This document shows, piece after piece, positions 48,767 through 58,743 of a stretch of DNA of 64,000 bases (positions are counted from its first letter, which is position 1; every line of letters begins with the position of its first letter). The notes beneath the pieces were generated by a model. The model was given only the letters and a program-made list of their open reading frames with translations. It did no database searches and was not told the DNA's origin. The stretch is from Nitrospirota bacterium. Lineage in GTDB: Bacteria; Nitrospirota; Nitrospiria; Nitrospirales; Nitrospiraceae. Position numbers and translations under genes: made by a program. Location of the stretch: NCBI GenBank assembly GCA_963701855.1, contig CAVPBK010000009.1, positions 96,001 through 160,000 on the forward strand, given 5' to 3'.

Positions 48767-49036
48767 TCACTGCGCATAGTTGGGAATATTCAAGAATAGC
48801 TGCGTCATAAATGACGTGAGCACGCCCAACATCCAGGGCAGAAACATAAGAATCACGGCGAATACGGCCACCACTTTCGGCACGAACGTCAGCGTCGCTT
48901 CGTTCAATTGCGTCATGGCCTGCAGCACACTGACAGCAAGCCCCACGACTAGGGCAAGTCCCAGGATTGGCGCAGACACAATCAGCGTGGTTTCAATGGC
49001 CTGACGTCCAATCTCTGTAACCATCTCAGGTGTCAT
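48767..49036 (-). CDS. fliQ: Export protein FliQ
   Basis: QAMTQLNEATLTFVPK. Confidence 0.95.
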   Translation of the reverse strand: MTPEMVTEIGRQAIETTLIVSAPILGLALVVGLAVSVLQAMTQLNEATLTFVPKVVAVFAVILMFLPWMLGVLTSFMTQLFLNIPNYAQ

Positions 49037-49058
49037 ACATACCTCCACCCATCACTGT

Positions 49059-49862
49059 TCATTGAAAGCTTTTCACCAGCGACCCAACGACTAAATTCCA
49101 CCCATCGGCCAGCACAAAGAGAATGAGTTTGAATGGGAGCGAAATCATGGCTGGGGGCAAGAGCATCATCCCCATGGACATCAACACGCTGGCCACCACC
49201 ATGTCGACTATCAGAAACGGAATATAGATGAGAAACCCGATCTGAAACGCGACTCGCAATTCGCTCAAGATATAGGCGGGAATCACCACATGAATAGGAA
49301 CCTGATCGACCGTTTCTGGTTTAGGCCGCTTGCTCAGATCAATAAAAAGTTCGAGATCTTTGTCGCGTACCTGTTTCAACATAAATGCGCGAATCGGCTG
49401 AATACCCTTTCTCCAGGCTTCCTCGTGAGAGATCTGTTCCGCAAGCAGTGGCTGGAGGGCTTGGCTATAGACGGCCTCCCCTACTGGAGCCATCACAAAG
49501 ACCGTAATGAACAAGGCCAGGCTGATGATAACCTGATTGGGTGGCACCGACTGTGTCCCTAATGCCTGGCGGAGAAATGAGAGGACGATCACAACCCTCG
49601 TGAAGGACGTGACCATAATGAAAAATGCCGGCGCCAGGGAGAGGACCGTCAACAGGGCAAGAATTTGGAGAACGACGGCGGTCTGCTTGGGGCCCGTCTG
49701 GCCGAGGTCAATCGTGACAGAAGGATTGGCCCCGCCGATGGCATCCTGGGCCATTCCAAAAAACAAGCAGACCAAGGTGATCAGTAGGAGATGTCCGCGG
49801 TAGCCTTGTGACTGTCGCGCGGAAGACGCCGTCAGTGGGCATCCGCAGGCGTTAGCTGGCAT
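49059..49862 (-). CDS. fliP: Export protein FliP
   Basis: TSFTR, PPNQV, MGMMLLPP..ISLPFK; ATG 49862 follows GGAGG. Confidence 0.95.
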   Translation of the reverse strand: MPANACGCPLTASSARQSQGYRGHLLLITLVCLFFGMAQDAIGGANPSVTIDLGQTGPKQTAVVLQILALLTVLSLAPAFFIMVTSFTRVVIVLSFLRQALGTQSVPPNQVIISLALFITVFVMAPVGEAVYSQALQPLLAEQISHEEAWRKGIQPIRAFMLKQVRDKDLELFIDLSKRPKPETVDQVPIHVVIPAYILSELRVAFQIGFLIYIPFLIVDMVVASVLMSMGMMLLPPAMISLPFKLILFVLADGWNLVVGSLVKSFQ

Positions 49863-50250
49863 GGCCACCTCCAGTCTCTGCCATCCCGTCGCGCGCTGGA
49901 GCCTGAGGGTCAATGCGAGCTGACGGCCTGCCGGGCACGACCGACCGACAGGATGTCGCTGCGGACAGAAACTGCTGGACTCGTTCACGATCCGTGATGT
50001 GGGCGAGAGCCACCAGGTCCGTCGGCGTCATACCGACGATGAGGAACTCCCCTGCGACAGATACCAACGAAATGCTCTTGCGTGGTCCGATGTACCCGCT
50101 GCCGAGCACCTGGACAATCTGCGCAGACACAGGCACGCAAAATCGAGTGCCGGCAAATCGACGAATCAACATGACGAGCCCGCCGATGAGCGCGAGCACG
50201 AGGGCTAGAGCTGACGCCATTCGTATGAAACTGTCCCAAAAGTCGATCAC
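49852..50250 (-). CDS. fliO: Export chaperone FliO
   Basis: N-terminal TM helix, IGPRKSISLV.V.GE; between fliN and fliP. Confidence 0.85.
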   Translation of the reverse strand: MIDFWDSFIRMASALALVLALIGGLVMLIRRFAGTRFCVPVSAQIVQVLGSGYIGPRKSISLVSVAGEFLIVGMTPTDLVALAHITDRERVQQFLSAATSCRSVVPGRPSARIDPQAPARDGMAETGGGHAS

Positions 50251-50267
50251 GTTGTCTCCGATCCTTC

Positions 50268-50352
50268 GTTTTGTTTATTTGGTTTGTCTCGTTTGTTTGG
50301 TTGAATCAGACCAATCAGATAGACAAAACAAACCAGAGCAACCAGACAGACC
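50268..50352. repeat. Family A palindrome between fliN and fliO
   Basis: TTTGTTTATTTGGTTTGTCTCG..TTGGTTGAATCAGACC..AACCAGACAGACC. Confidence 0.75.
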
Positions 50353-50353
50353 C

Positions 50354-50728
50354 TTATGCGAGTTGCTGTACGCGTTCGGCCGCACTGATCACGTCGGTGA
50401 GGCGGATGCCGAATTTCTCATTCACCACGACGACTTCGCCCCGTGCCACCAGTTTATTGTTGACCAGTACTTCCATCGGTTCTCCCGCGAGCTTTTCAAG
50501 CTCGATTACCGATCCTTGCCCAAGCTGCAATAATTCTCTAATCACCATTTTTGCCGACCCGACCTGCACGGTCACCTGCATCGGAATGTCGAGGATAAAG
50601 TCTATATTCTTGGGCGCAGCGGCCACGGCTCCTCCGTCAAGCGATGGAAATGAGGCCGGAGCCACTGGAACAGAGGGCGCAGAGGTGGATGTCTTCGCTC
50701 CTGAATTTGCTACTTCATTGTCGGCCAT
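50354..50728 (-). CDS. fliN: Motor switch protein FliN
   Basis: ILDIP, KLAGEP, GEVVVVNEKFGIR. Confidence 0.96.
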   Translation of the reverse strand: MADNEVANSGAKTSTSAPSVPVAPASFPSLDGGAVAAAPKNIDFILDIPMQVTVQVGSAKMVIRELLQLGQGSVIELEKLAGEPMEVLVNNKLVARGEVVVVNEKFGIRLTDVISAAERVQQLA

Positions 50729-50757
50729 GGACTATTCTCCTCAGACATGTGCGTTGC

Positions 50758-51732
50758 TCACGCGATCACTTTTTCAATTCGACAAGCCTGGTTTCCCTTC
50801 GAGATGCCAGGGCTCCCTTGAAACTTCAAGTATCCTTCAATGAAACAATCGAGCGGATCACCAGGCCGTTGGTCTAACAGGATGAGATCTCCCGGAACGA
50901 AGTCCAACACGTCTCGCACCTTGACCGAGGCCGTTCCAAGTCGAATCGTCACAGCAAGCGGACACTCTTGTAATTTTTCATGAAACCTTGTTGCCCAACT
51001 TCCATCTTGCTCGACTTGATCCGAGACAATGCCCGAATAGAGTTTCTCCTTAATTGGCTCGAGCATCGAATAGGGATACACAAGAAAGAAGTCGCTGGTG
51101 GTCTCTCCAAATTGAACTTGGAGGGTAGTCACAAAGACGATTTCTGATGCGGTGACTACCATGGCAAACTGAGGATTGACTTCTGAACGGACCAGTACTG
51201 TTTTGACAGTGAGTGCGGCGCGCCAAGCTTTCTCCATCTCCTCAAACGCCACCTGCACGAGCTTCTTGATGATCCGTAGCTGAATCGGCGTGAAATCGCG
51301 GCCTTCTGGCTTGACATGTGTTTGCGCCTTCCCTCCGTAGAAATAGTCCACAATCAGGTAGACCAGAAACGCATTGACGACAAACAGACCATTCCCCCGC
51401 AGCGGGTCCATGCGAAACACGTTCAGCGAGGAGGGAATCGGAACGGTTTTCATGAACGCGCCGAACTTCATGATTTGCGTCCCGATAATATTAAACTCCA
51501 CCTTCGTATTCAGCAGCGCACTCCAGGACAAAGACAGGTGCCGTGTAAATCGGTCGGTAATCAGCTCGAGCGTCGGCATGCGCCCGCGAACAATACGTTC
51601 CTGATTGAAGAGGTCGTACTGCTTGACCCCGCCGGCTGCTTGCCCCTCTTCCTCTGCTTTGGTCTCTACCTCCCCGGAGACAACCCCTTTCAACAACGCA
51701 TCGATTTCGTCTTGTGAGAGTATTTTTTCCAT
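50758..51732 (-). CDS. fliM: Motor switch protein FliM
   Basis: ILSQDEIDALL CheY-binding peptide, EVNPQF, C-terminal SpoA domain. Confidence 0.95.
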   Translation of the reverse strand: MEKILSQDEIDALLKGVVSGEVETKAEEEGQAAGGVKQYDLFNQERIVRGRMPTLELITDRFTRHLSLSWSALLNTKVEFNIIGTQIMKFGAFMKTVPIPSSLNVFRMDPLRGNGLFVVNAFLVYLIVDYFYGGKAQTHVKPEGRDFTPIQLRIIKKLVQVAFEEMEKAWRAALTVKTVLVRSEVNPQFAMVVTASEIVFVTTLQVQFGETTSDFFLVYPYSMLEPIKEKLYSGIVSDQVEQDGSWATRFHEKLQECPLAVTIRLGTASVKVRDVLDFVPGDLILLDQRPGDPLDCFIEGYLKFQGSPGISKGNQACRIEKVIA

Positions 51733-51751
51733 CGTAATAAGCTGGTTCTGT

Positions 51752-52297
51752 TTATTGCACGACGAAGTCCGTGAAGTAGGCTGCGCGCACGCCAGGCTTG
51801 GGAAGAAGACTGTTAACTCGTTGGGTAATCTCATCGCGCAGCTGAAATTTACCCTGAGGAGTTCGGATCGATGCCGCATCCTTACTGGTCAGCAGCACAA
51901 GTATCGTGTCGCGCAACTGCGGGATGCGGCTGGTGAGTTCGGCCGAGGTATCCTGACTCTCGAGTTCCAATTTCACCGTCAGTTTCAGATAGCGCACCTC
52001 CGGCGTATCCGCTAAGTTGACAATGAAGGGGTCAACGTCGTAGATCGCGCCAGGAGCATTGGCTTTCGGAGCGTCATGTTTCGTTTCTACCTCCACATGC
52101 CCTGCCGCCTTCGCGGTCGTCGCCTCTACTTTCTGCTCGTCTCCCCCATGCCCTCCAGCCATAAACTTAAAGAGCGCGAACGCCCCTCCAAGGCCAAGCA
52201 CGAGTGTCCCCGCGACAATGATGATGACCATTTTCAGTGGAATCCCCGCCGCAACTGGCGCCGGTGCCGGCGGGGGCGTGCTTTCTGTCTCTGCCAT
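51752..52297 (-). CDS. fliL: Basal-body protein FliL
   Basis: TM helix, FIVNLAD, RYLK, YFTDFVVQ. Confidence 0.93.
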   Translation of the reverse strand: MAETESTPPPAPAPVAAGIPLKMVIIIVAGTLVLGLGGAFALFKFMAGGHGGDEQKVEATTAKAAGHVEVETKHDAPKANAPGAIYDVDPFIVNLADTPEVRYLKLTVKLELESQDTSAELTSRIPQLRDTILVLLTSKDAASIRTPQGKFQLRDEITQRVNSLLPKPGVRAAYFTDFVVQ

Positions 52298-52313
52298 ATA
52301 CACCTCCTAATAA

Positions 52314-52377
52314 CAGGATGCTAAAAAAGTCCGCCCGCTTTGTTCCCACATCGCTGACGGCCTTTTTGAGCATCCTG
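52314..52377. mobile_element. Internally deleted copy of the MITE-like element in the fliL leader
   Basis: CAGGATGCTAAAAAAG...CTTTTTGAGCATCCTG. Confidence 0.8.
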
Positions 52378-52483
52378 CAGGCTCATCGGTAATCATCACG
52401 CATGTGTCATTTGCCAAACTCCATCAGGACGAACATGGTTTTCCACAACCTGCTTCTTGAACGATGGGAACGAATAGGAGTTT

Positions 52484-52499
52484 TGCAATGGCTATGCCA
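52484..52499 (-). promoter_or_regulatory. Sigma54 promoter of the fliL operon
   Basis: TGGCATAGCCATTGCA (GG-N10-GC). Confidence 0.8.
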
Positions 52500-52681
52500 T
52501 CGGCAAATAAGTTCACGTGAACGCCGCATCATTCACAACAGTGCAATTGGCGTGTGAATACGATGGGCTGTGGCAGGAGAAACGATGCGGGCCACTGCCA
52601 GACGTTTGACGATGTCAACAAAATGACGCCTGCTGGAGTCTGTGATCGAATGGACTGCTGTGTGGAAGAAGAAAGGAATCG

Positions 52682-52716
52682 AAGATCGGAGCGCCGTCAA
52701 ACGGCGCTCCGATCTT
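52682..52716 (-). terminator. Intrinsic terminator after flgE
   Basis: Perfect 16 bp stem AAGATCGGAGCGCCGT/ACGGCGCTCCGATCTT with pyrimidine-rich tail on the - strand. Confidence 0.8.
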
Positions 52717-52730
52717 TCCAGAAAGAAAAT

Positions 52731-53957
52731 CTAGCGTTTGAGATTCACCAGAACCTGCAACATCTCATCACTCGTGGTAATCGCCTTTGAGTTGGCTTCA
52801 AACGCCCGCTGCGTGACAATCATATCGACGAATTCTTTGCCGAGATCTACGTTGGACTGTTCAACGGACCCGGCAACGAGACGACCCAGTCCATTATTCG
52901 TCGGCGTCCCTGCCAGTGGTGCGCCGGACTCTGTCGATTCGGCGAATGTATTATCGCCGGAATGGATTAGTCCGTTCGGATTGGTAAATCTGTCCAACAC
53001 GATCTGGGCCAGCACTCTGGTCTGACCATTGGAAAATTGCGCCACGACTTGACCCTGCGGATCGACCGACAAACTCTGAAACGACCCGGCGCTGAAGCCA
53101 TCTTGCGTTTGGTTCGTCAGATTCGACGCGGCACCATATTGCGTCATGGCTGAGAAATCCATCGCGACACTCTGTGGCGTGGCTGCCCCGCCGGTGATGG
53201 GTAATGAAAACGTTTGCGCGCCACCTGCTGTCAACACGCCGTTCGTATTGAAAGTCAAGTCGGTTTGTGCGGTGGCAGCGCCACCATCAACTTGAGAATA
53301 GAGGTTCCATGTATTAGCGGTTGCGGTTTGCACAAAGTACATCCGAAGCTGATGTTGCGCTCCAAGCGAGTCGTAAGTGGTCATACCGGTCGAAAAGTTA
53401 TAGGTGGTGGCATCTGTCACGTCAAACGCGACTGCCGGAGGCGTGGTGGCAGAATTGAGATTGGCTTGTACGTTTGCCTTACTGGTTGCCTGCGGGGCTA
53501 CTGTCGTGGTGGCCAGGGTGACGTTCCCGACCGCCCCTGTGATAACCCCGGTCGCCGACGCTTGATACCCCTGTAAGAGTCGCCCACTCGGGTCCACAAC
53601 CTCTCCGAGATTGTTCACTCGAAATTCTCCCGCACGGGAATAGAACTGCGCGCCTGCATTATCCCGCAACTGGAAAAATCCGTTTCCGTCGATGGCCAAA
53701 TCTAAGGTATTGCCCGTATTGGAGAGAGAACCCTGGGAAAAATTCGTCTGCACGTCGTTCAGAAAAACACCCAATCCAACCTGCTCACCGCCCGCCCCTG
53801 CGGCCAACGAGGCCGAAACCAGATCGGCAAATTCGGCGCGGCTCGACTTGTATCCCACCGTCCCAACGTTGGCTATATTGTTTCCAATGACGGACAACGC
53901 GTTGCCATAGGTATTTAGTCCGCTCACAGCTGTAAACATCGTGGTCAAAATTCCCAT
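52731..53957 (-). CDS. flgE: Hook protein FlgE
   Basis: GNNIANVGTVGYKSSR, DLAIDGNGFF, EQSNVDL, QRAFEAN. Confidence 0.96.
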   Translation of the reverse strand: MGILTTMFTAVSGLNTYGNALSVIGNNIANVGTVGYKSSRAEFADLVSASLAAGAGGEQVGLGVFLNDVQTNFSQGSLSNTGNTLDLAIDGNGFFQLRDNAGAQFYSRAGEFRVNNLGEVVDPSGRLLQGYQASATGVITGAVGNVTLATTTVAPQATSKANVQANLNSATTPPAVAFDVTDATTYNFSTGMTTYDSLGAQHQLRMYFVQTATANTWNLYSQVDGGAATAQTDLTFNTNGVLTAGGAQTFSLPITGGAATPQSVAMDFSAMTQYGAASNLTNQTQDGFSAGSFQSLSVDPQGQVVAQFSNGQTRVLAQIVLDRFTNPNGLIHSGDNTFAESTESGAPLAGTPTNNGLGRLVAGSVEQSNVDLGKEFVDMIVTQRAFEANSKAITTSDEMLQVLVNLKR

Positions 53958-54039
53958 GTCGAGTCTCCTTTGTTCATTACGAATTAATCTTCGTGTCCTT
54001 GCGAATCATGATCTTCATACTCGCTCAACCTGAATGCCG

Positions 54040-54321
54040 CTAGGCCTGAGTCTGGCTTTGTTGGGCCGGTTGAATCGCTGCTGCTTGCTGTAGCGCCACG
54101 CTTTGTTTCATTAAGTCCACAAGCTCGGTCATTTGATTCAACTGACTGAACTGCGCCGTCTGCGCAATGAAATCCTGATTGTCCATAGGCTTGAGTGGGT
54201 CTTGATTCTGAAGCTGTGTGACAAGGAGCTTCAAAAAATCATCTTGGCCGAGTGCTGTCGGATCCTTTGAGGGTGAAACGGGCGTTGCCGTGGAGTTCGT
54301 GAGGGCCGCGATGTCGATCAT
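54040..54321 (-). CDS. flgD: Hook cap FlgD (N-terminal domain only)
   Basis: [25 protein letters not shown]. Confidence 0.92.
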   Translation of the reverse strand: MIDIAALTNSTATPVSPSKDPTALGQDDFLKLLVTQLQNQDPLKPMDNQDFIAQTAQFSQLNQMTELVDLMKQSVALQQAAAIQPAQQSQTQA

Positions 54322-54367
54322 GACTTTGTCCTTTCTTTAAAAGAGATATCTGCGAATGTGTTTATGA

Positions 54368-55858
54368 CTATGCAAACAGGCTCAATGCACCTAGGGGCCG
54401 AAGATTGTGCCGTTCTCGATCTTGAGATTTTTGGTTGCGGCCGTCTGGCGCCGGCTGCTGCTCCGACTCTCCATTATTCCGTCGCGATTGACGATCCGGC
54501 AACGCCTCTTGTTGGCCTCGCTGATCGATGTGTACCTGAAACTGACCCAGTTCCAGTCCAGACTTGGCCAGACTTTGCTGAAGTTGATCCTGTCGCGTGA
54601 ACAGGAGTGCGCCGAGATCGTTTCGATCGGTGGTGAACTGCGTATGCACCATCTGGTCTGTCATGGAGATCCGCACGCTGAGCGGACCTGAGTCATGAGA
54701 TGGCAACTCCACATGAACGGTCTGAACTTTTCCAGGCGCCGACATCATGGTCGCCGAATGATCCTCACCGAGAAAAGTCTGTGTCATCTTGAGACGATCT
54801 GCCGCCGGCGTCACAACGGACGAACCCTCTCCCTGAGGCGGTGACTGTGACTGCAACGCCGACGTGAATTGGCCGTTAAAGAGCTGAGACTGATTTCCTC
54901 GCGTCCCCGATTCAGGCGCTCTACTTTCTTCGGAACGAAAGAAGGTTTCGCCTCCTGCTCCATGCGCATCAGTCCCGAATGGGTTTCGTTTCCCTCCCTC
55001 TCCAATCACAGAGGCCGATAGCGATTGACCCGGCAACGTGGCTGCGTAAGTCCCCTGCTCTTGGACCATCGCCAATGGCTGCATTCCTGGCAATGGCCGC
55101 TCAGGAGATTGAGTCACTACATTCACAGATGCGGCAGTAAATATTCTCGTCGCACCCTGGTCCTCTATAACAGGAGAGGACCCTTGTTCGGCAATCAGAG
55201 AGTCCTGCGGCGTCTTGGTGGGAAGAGTCGAGTTGGCGGACAGTTGTTCGAGGGGAACAGAAGGAAGAACGACTGGAGCGGTACGACTCTTTAGAATAGG
55301 TGATCCGTCCGTGGCTCGTGGAACCTCTTGTCTCGCAGGTGTTTCGCCAGAATGATCAAGATCAAGGGCCGGCGGAGGCAGGGAATCAGTGGAAGAGTCT
55401 GCGGTTTTTGGTAAATCGCCCGGCACAGCTTCCGTTCGTATCGTGAGATCCCCAGGAACCGTACCCACGCTCTGGCTCTGCGGGAGAAGAGGAATCGATT
55501 CGGTGCTCTGTACGCGAAGCTCCGTGACGCCCTCTAAAGACACGGCCTGGTCGGACACTGGACCAAGCGTCACAGGATGATCCTGCACAGGAGATAACGA
55601 CACCACCACAATACCGCTCAACACCGCTTCCGTAGCATGGTCGTTGGCTTCCGGCAACGAGGCTGATTCTATTGAATCGTCGGCATTGGAAACTGCGAGA
55701 TGCTGCTCGTCAGATAGACTCTGTACCACGTTCTTAAAAAGGTCAGAAAAGGTTCCAGTCTCAGAAGATTTCCGAAACTGATCTTTCTCACTCAACAGGC
55801 TCGAACTCGTTGGAGCAGCAGAACAGTCTGTCTGGGAAATAAGAAATCCAATATCCAT
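54368..55858 (-). CDS. fliK: Hook-length control protein FliK
   Basis: Long S/P/T-rich region with C-terminal Flg_hook-like domain (GPLSVRI..LQQSLAKSGL); upstream of flgD. Confidence 0.85.
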   Translation of the reverse strand: MDIGFLISQTDCSAAPTSSSLLSEKDQFRKSSETGTFSDLFKNVVQSLSDEQHLAVSNADDSIESASLPEANDHATEAVLSGIVVVSLSPVQDHPVTLGPVSDQAVSLEGVTELRVQSTESIPLLPQSQSVGTVPGDLTIRTEAVPGDLPKTADSSTDSLPPPALDLDHSGETPARQEVPRATDGSPILKSRTAPVVLPSVPLEQLSANSTLPTKTPQDSLIAEQGSSPVIEDQGATRIFTAASVNVVTQSPERPLPGMQPLAMVQEQGTYAATLPGQSLSASVIGEGGKRNPFGTDAHGAGGETFFRSEESRAPESGTRGNQSQLFNGQFTSALQSQSPPQGEGSSVVTPAADRLKMTQTFLGEDHSATMMSAPGKVQTVHVELPSHDSGPLSVRISMTDQMVHTQFTTDRNDLGALLFTRQDQLQQSLAKSGLELGQFQVHIDQRGQQEALPDRQSRRNNGESEQQPAPDGRNQKSQDRERHNLRPLGALSLFA

Positions 55859-55917
55859 AGTGCCGATCGACCCCTTCGGCCTGTGCAAGGAAAATCTGAA
55901 CACTGGATCTGAGCATC

Positions 55918-55933
55918 TTCAAGCTCTATGCCA
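55918..55933 (-). promoter_or_regulatory. Probable sigma54 promoter of fliK-flgDE
   Basis: TGGCATAGAGCTTGAA (GG-N10-GA, -12 variant). Confidence 0.55.
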
Positions 55934-56206
55934 TGTCAAATATCATGAGATATGTCATTCGGCGTGGAGTTGGCACAGGGACCGAGATCTAACGGAAGGA
56001 AACTAGGAAGAAGATGCAGGGTGCCCAGGCAAAATTTTCCATGTCGACGGAAAGAAGCTGGCAGCAAGATCTGGCTGGTTCATCTGGTTGCTCTAAATCA
56101 ACCAAACACATAAGACAAATCGAACAAGGGTCTTCTTATGCTGGCAGACTATATCCAGCATTCTGGCAGGAACTTGTCCGACATGACCTTGCCACAGTAG
56201 CAGAGG

Positions 56207-56980
56207 TCAATGTCGAGCAGGCTCCTGAGGAGCTGTAACAAATTCTTCAGTCAATTTCGCTGCACGATCGGCTTTCACCTGTGCCAGAATAGCCCCTGCC
56301 GATTTACTCTTAAGGAGGCGAAGAATTTCCAGCGCTTTCCGATCTGTCATTCGCTCGATTCGCGCAGCAGCCTCCTCTGCAGGCATACTTTCATACATCT
56401 TTACCAGCTGCCCCAACTGCAGCGTGCGTTTGTCAGCCGCTTGTTTGCCGCGTGAAGCTTGTGCACCCCCGACAGCTTTTTCCTGTTCGAGGCGACGCTT
56501 TTCTATCGCTTCGATTTTGCTCAATATCTGCTCAACTTCAGCTTTTAGAATCGCTACCTGCCCCTCTGCCGCCCGAACCGCTTTCTCTCGATGCTCCAAA
56601 TCCTGCTTCCGCTGCTGAAACAAGGCAACTATTTCCTCCGGCACAGTGAGCGCTGGTCCTTGGAGTGGTTCTGCTATCGGCGCGGGTAATTCGCCTCCTG
56701 ATTCCTTGATCTGATCAGCCGATACCGACACCGGCGAAACATCTTCGGCGTGAGCCGAAACAGGCATTCCCATCGAAAACCGCTGCGGCTCCAGACCCTG
56801 CCCCGCCGAAACCTGGACGAGTTGAATCATCGTCCAGATCAACGCGCTCATGACACAAACTCTGGCACCGGCTGCCCACAACCGGCCGCTCCACGCAGGG
56901 CGCTCAAACCGGTTTGTTTTGTATATCTGGTTTGTCTGGTTCATGTGGTTGATCTGGTTTCTCCGGTCGGTCTGGTTCAA
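56207..56980 (-). CDS. MotE/FlbB-like flagellar protein (coiled coil, MgtE-N-like domain)
   Basis: LVKMYESMPAEEAA..ILRLLKSKSAGAILA; follows fliJ; start uncertain (ATG 56851 possible). Confidence 0.75.
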   Translation of the reverse strand: MNQTDRRNQINHMNQTNQIYKTNRFERPAWSGRLWAAGARVCVMSALIWTMIQLVQVSAGQGLEPQRFSMGMPVSAHAEDVSPVSVSADQIKESGGELPAPIAEPLQGPALTVPEEIVALFQQRKQDLEHREKAVRAAEGQVAILKAEVEQILSKIEAIEKRRLEQEKAVGGAQASRGKQAADKRTLQLGQLVKMYESMPAEEAAARIERMTDRKALEILRLLKSKSAGAILAQVKADRAAKLTEEFVTAPQEPARH

Positions 56981-56995
56981 TCAAGCAAAATAACG
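56912..56995. repeat. Family A 9-mer array at the fliJ / motE-like junction
   Basis: TCTGGTTTG/TCTGGTTCA/TGTGGTTGA/TCTGGTTTC units; a second copy lies at ~56068-56128. Confidence 0.7.
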
Positions 56996-57016
56996 ATTTT
57001 CCTGGCGCGTATGTAA

Positions 57017-57439
57017 TCAGAGCACAGTCGTGCGACGTGCCGCCTCATCCATTTCCAGTTGATCGATTCTGTGTTGTACAAGATGCTGTTGCAGCCGCAT
57101 GCGTTCAGCCAGACGATCGAGTGTGCGGCGATCTTGCATGGCTTCGCGTAATTCATCCTGTTTTTGACTCCATGTCCTATTAAGTCTCACCTCCTCCTGG
57201 CGAGCTTGCGCCAATAAGGATGTCCCGGCCTGAAAGCGGGACTGCCACACCAGAAATTCATCCAGCGCCAGTTCTCCGCCGGCCTTGAGCAGGTATGCAT
57301 CTGTCGTAAGCCTCATATGCTCATCAAGCAGACGCGATCGCGTTTCTGCATCCTGAAGCTCCTGACGCAGTTGGAAAAGATCCATCCGCGCGACCTCTTC
57401 CACCTGGGCCCGATAGCGTCTCAACACATCGAGTTTCAT
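57017..57439 (-). CDS. fliJ: Export protein FliJ
   Basis: 140 aa coiled coil after fliI ending EMDE. Confidence 0.85.
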   Translation of the reverse strand: MKLDVLRRYRAQVEEVARMDLFQLRQELQDAETRSRLLDEHMRLTTDAYLLKAGGELALDEFLVWQSRFQAGTSLLAQARQEEVRLNRTWSQKQDELREAMQDRRTLDRLAERMRLQQHLVQHRIDQLEMDEAARRTTVL

Positions 57440-58743
57440 GCTGTCGCCTTCACCAGGGTGAGTAATTCTTGGATCGAGGCGCCAATCGAGACGGATTGCT
57501 CGATATCCTGTCGAAGAAAGGCATTCATGCTATCTTGAGCCGCCACGGCTTTGTCGAGATCGCGATTGGTGCCCGCCTTATACGCGCCAAGCAGGATGAG
57601 ATCCTCAGATTGCTGATACCGTGCCTGAAGCTCGATCATGGACCGGACTGCCGCATAGTGATCACGCCCCACGATGTCTTTCATCACCCGGCTGGTACTA
57701 TTTAAGAGGTCAATCGCCGGAAAATGGTTGCGCGCGGCCAACTGCCTCGAGAGCACAATGTGGCCGTCTAGAATCGACCGGACCGTTTCTGCGATGGGGT
57801 CGGAGAGTTCATCACTCTCCATGAGAACCGTATAGAGCCCAGTGATAGCGCCGGAACCGGGACCGGTCCCGACTCGTTCCAGAAGCTTGGGCAACATCGT
57901 AAAGACGGAAGGGGTATATCCCTTTGTAGTCGGCGGTTCCCCGATGGCGAGTCCGACTTCTCGTTGACTATGGGCCAGGCGGGTGAGTGAATCCATCATC
58001 AGGAGAACCTGCCTGCCACAGTCGCGGAAATACTCTGCAATCGTCGTCGCAATCAACGCGCCTCGTAATCGCACTAACGGTGGCTGGTCCGATGTCGCCA
58101 CGATTACCACCGAGCGGTTGAGCGCTTCAGGAGTCAAATCGCGCTCCAGAAATTCATTGACTTCTCGTCCACGCTCGCCAATGAGGGCGATGACATTCAC
58201 GTCGGCCTTCGTGTAGCGGCTGATCATCCCGAGCAACACACTTTTCCCGACACCGGAACTGGCAAAGATGCCTACCTTCTGACCACGGCCACACGTGAGG
58301 CAGGCGTTGATCGCTCGGATCCCCAGATCAAGCGGTTCTACGATACGCGTTCTCTTCAGGGGATTGATCGGCGCAGCATGCAAGGGATATCGGTCTTCGG
58401 TCTCGAGGGGACCGCGCCCATCTAACGGCTCGCCAAGCCCGTTTAGCACCCGTCCTAGCAGCTGTTGGCCGACCGGAACCGAAGCACAGTGGCCTTTCAA
58501 GAGCAGCCGGCTGTCAGGGCCGATCCCGCGCATCTCACCGAGCGGCATCAGCAACACACGATCGCCGCGAAACCCCACCACCTCGGCCGGCACCGTTCCC
58601 TCTCCATCCTCGCGCGTGACATCGCACAGCTCCCCGACCGATGTCATGGGACCATAGCCTTCAATCACAATCCCAACGGCCTGCGCCACACGGCCCGAGA
58701 CCGCAAGAGGGTCTGCCTGTTCAATAAGGTCGACGAGATTCAC
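57436..58743 (-). CDS. fliI: Flagellar export ATPase FliI
   Basis: SGVGKS, IGERGREV, DSLTR, GEPPTTKGY; GTG 58743 follows GAGG. Confidence 0.96.
   Translation of the reverse strand: MNLVDLIEQADPLAVSGRVAQAVGIVIEGYGPMTSVGELCDVTREDGEGTVPAEVVGFRGDRVLLMPLGEMRGIGPDSRLLLKGHCASVPVGQQLLGRVLNGLGEPLDGRGPLETEDRYPLHAAPINPLKRTRIVEPLDLGIRAINACLTCGRGQKVGIFASSGVGKSVLLGMISRYTKADVNVIALIGERGREVNEFLERDLTPEALNRSVVIVATSDQPPLVRLRGALIATTIAEYFRDCGRQVLLMMDSLTRLAHSQREVGLAIGEPPTTKGYTPSVFTMLPKLLERVGTGPGSGAITGLYTVLMESDELSDPIAETVRSILDGHIVLSRQLAARNHFPAIDLLNSTSRVMKDIVGRDHYAAVRSMIELQARYQQSEDLILLGAYKAGTNRDLDKAVAAQDSMNAFLRQDIEQSVSIGASIQELLTLVKATA

Noticed and set aside
50271..50843. + strand 190 aa ORF beginning NQTNQIDKTNQ
   Set aside because: Family A repeat followed by the antisense of fliN; similar shadow ORFs (e.g. 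3830-4651, 49913-50533) dismissed likewise
54040..54321. Short flgD (and short flgJ at 35075) as pseudogenes
   Set aside because: Single-domain FlgD and FlgJ forms are known, conserved motifs are intact and no frameshifted remainder is evident
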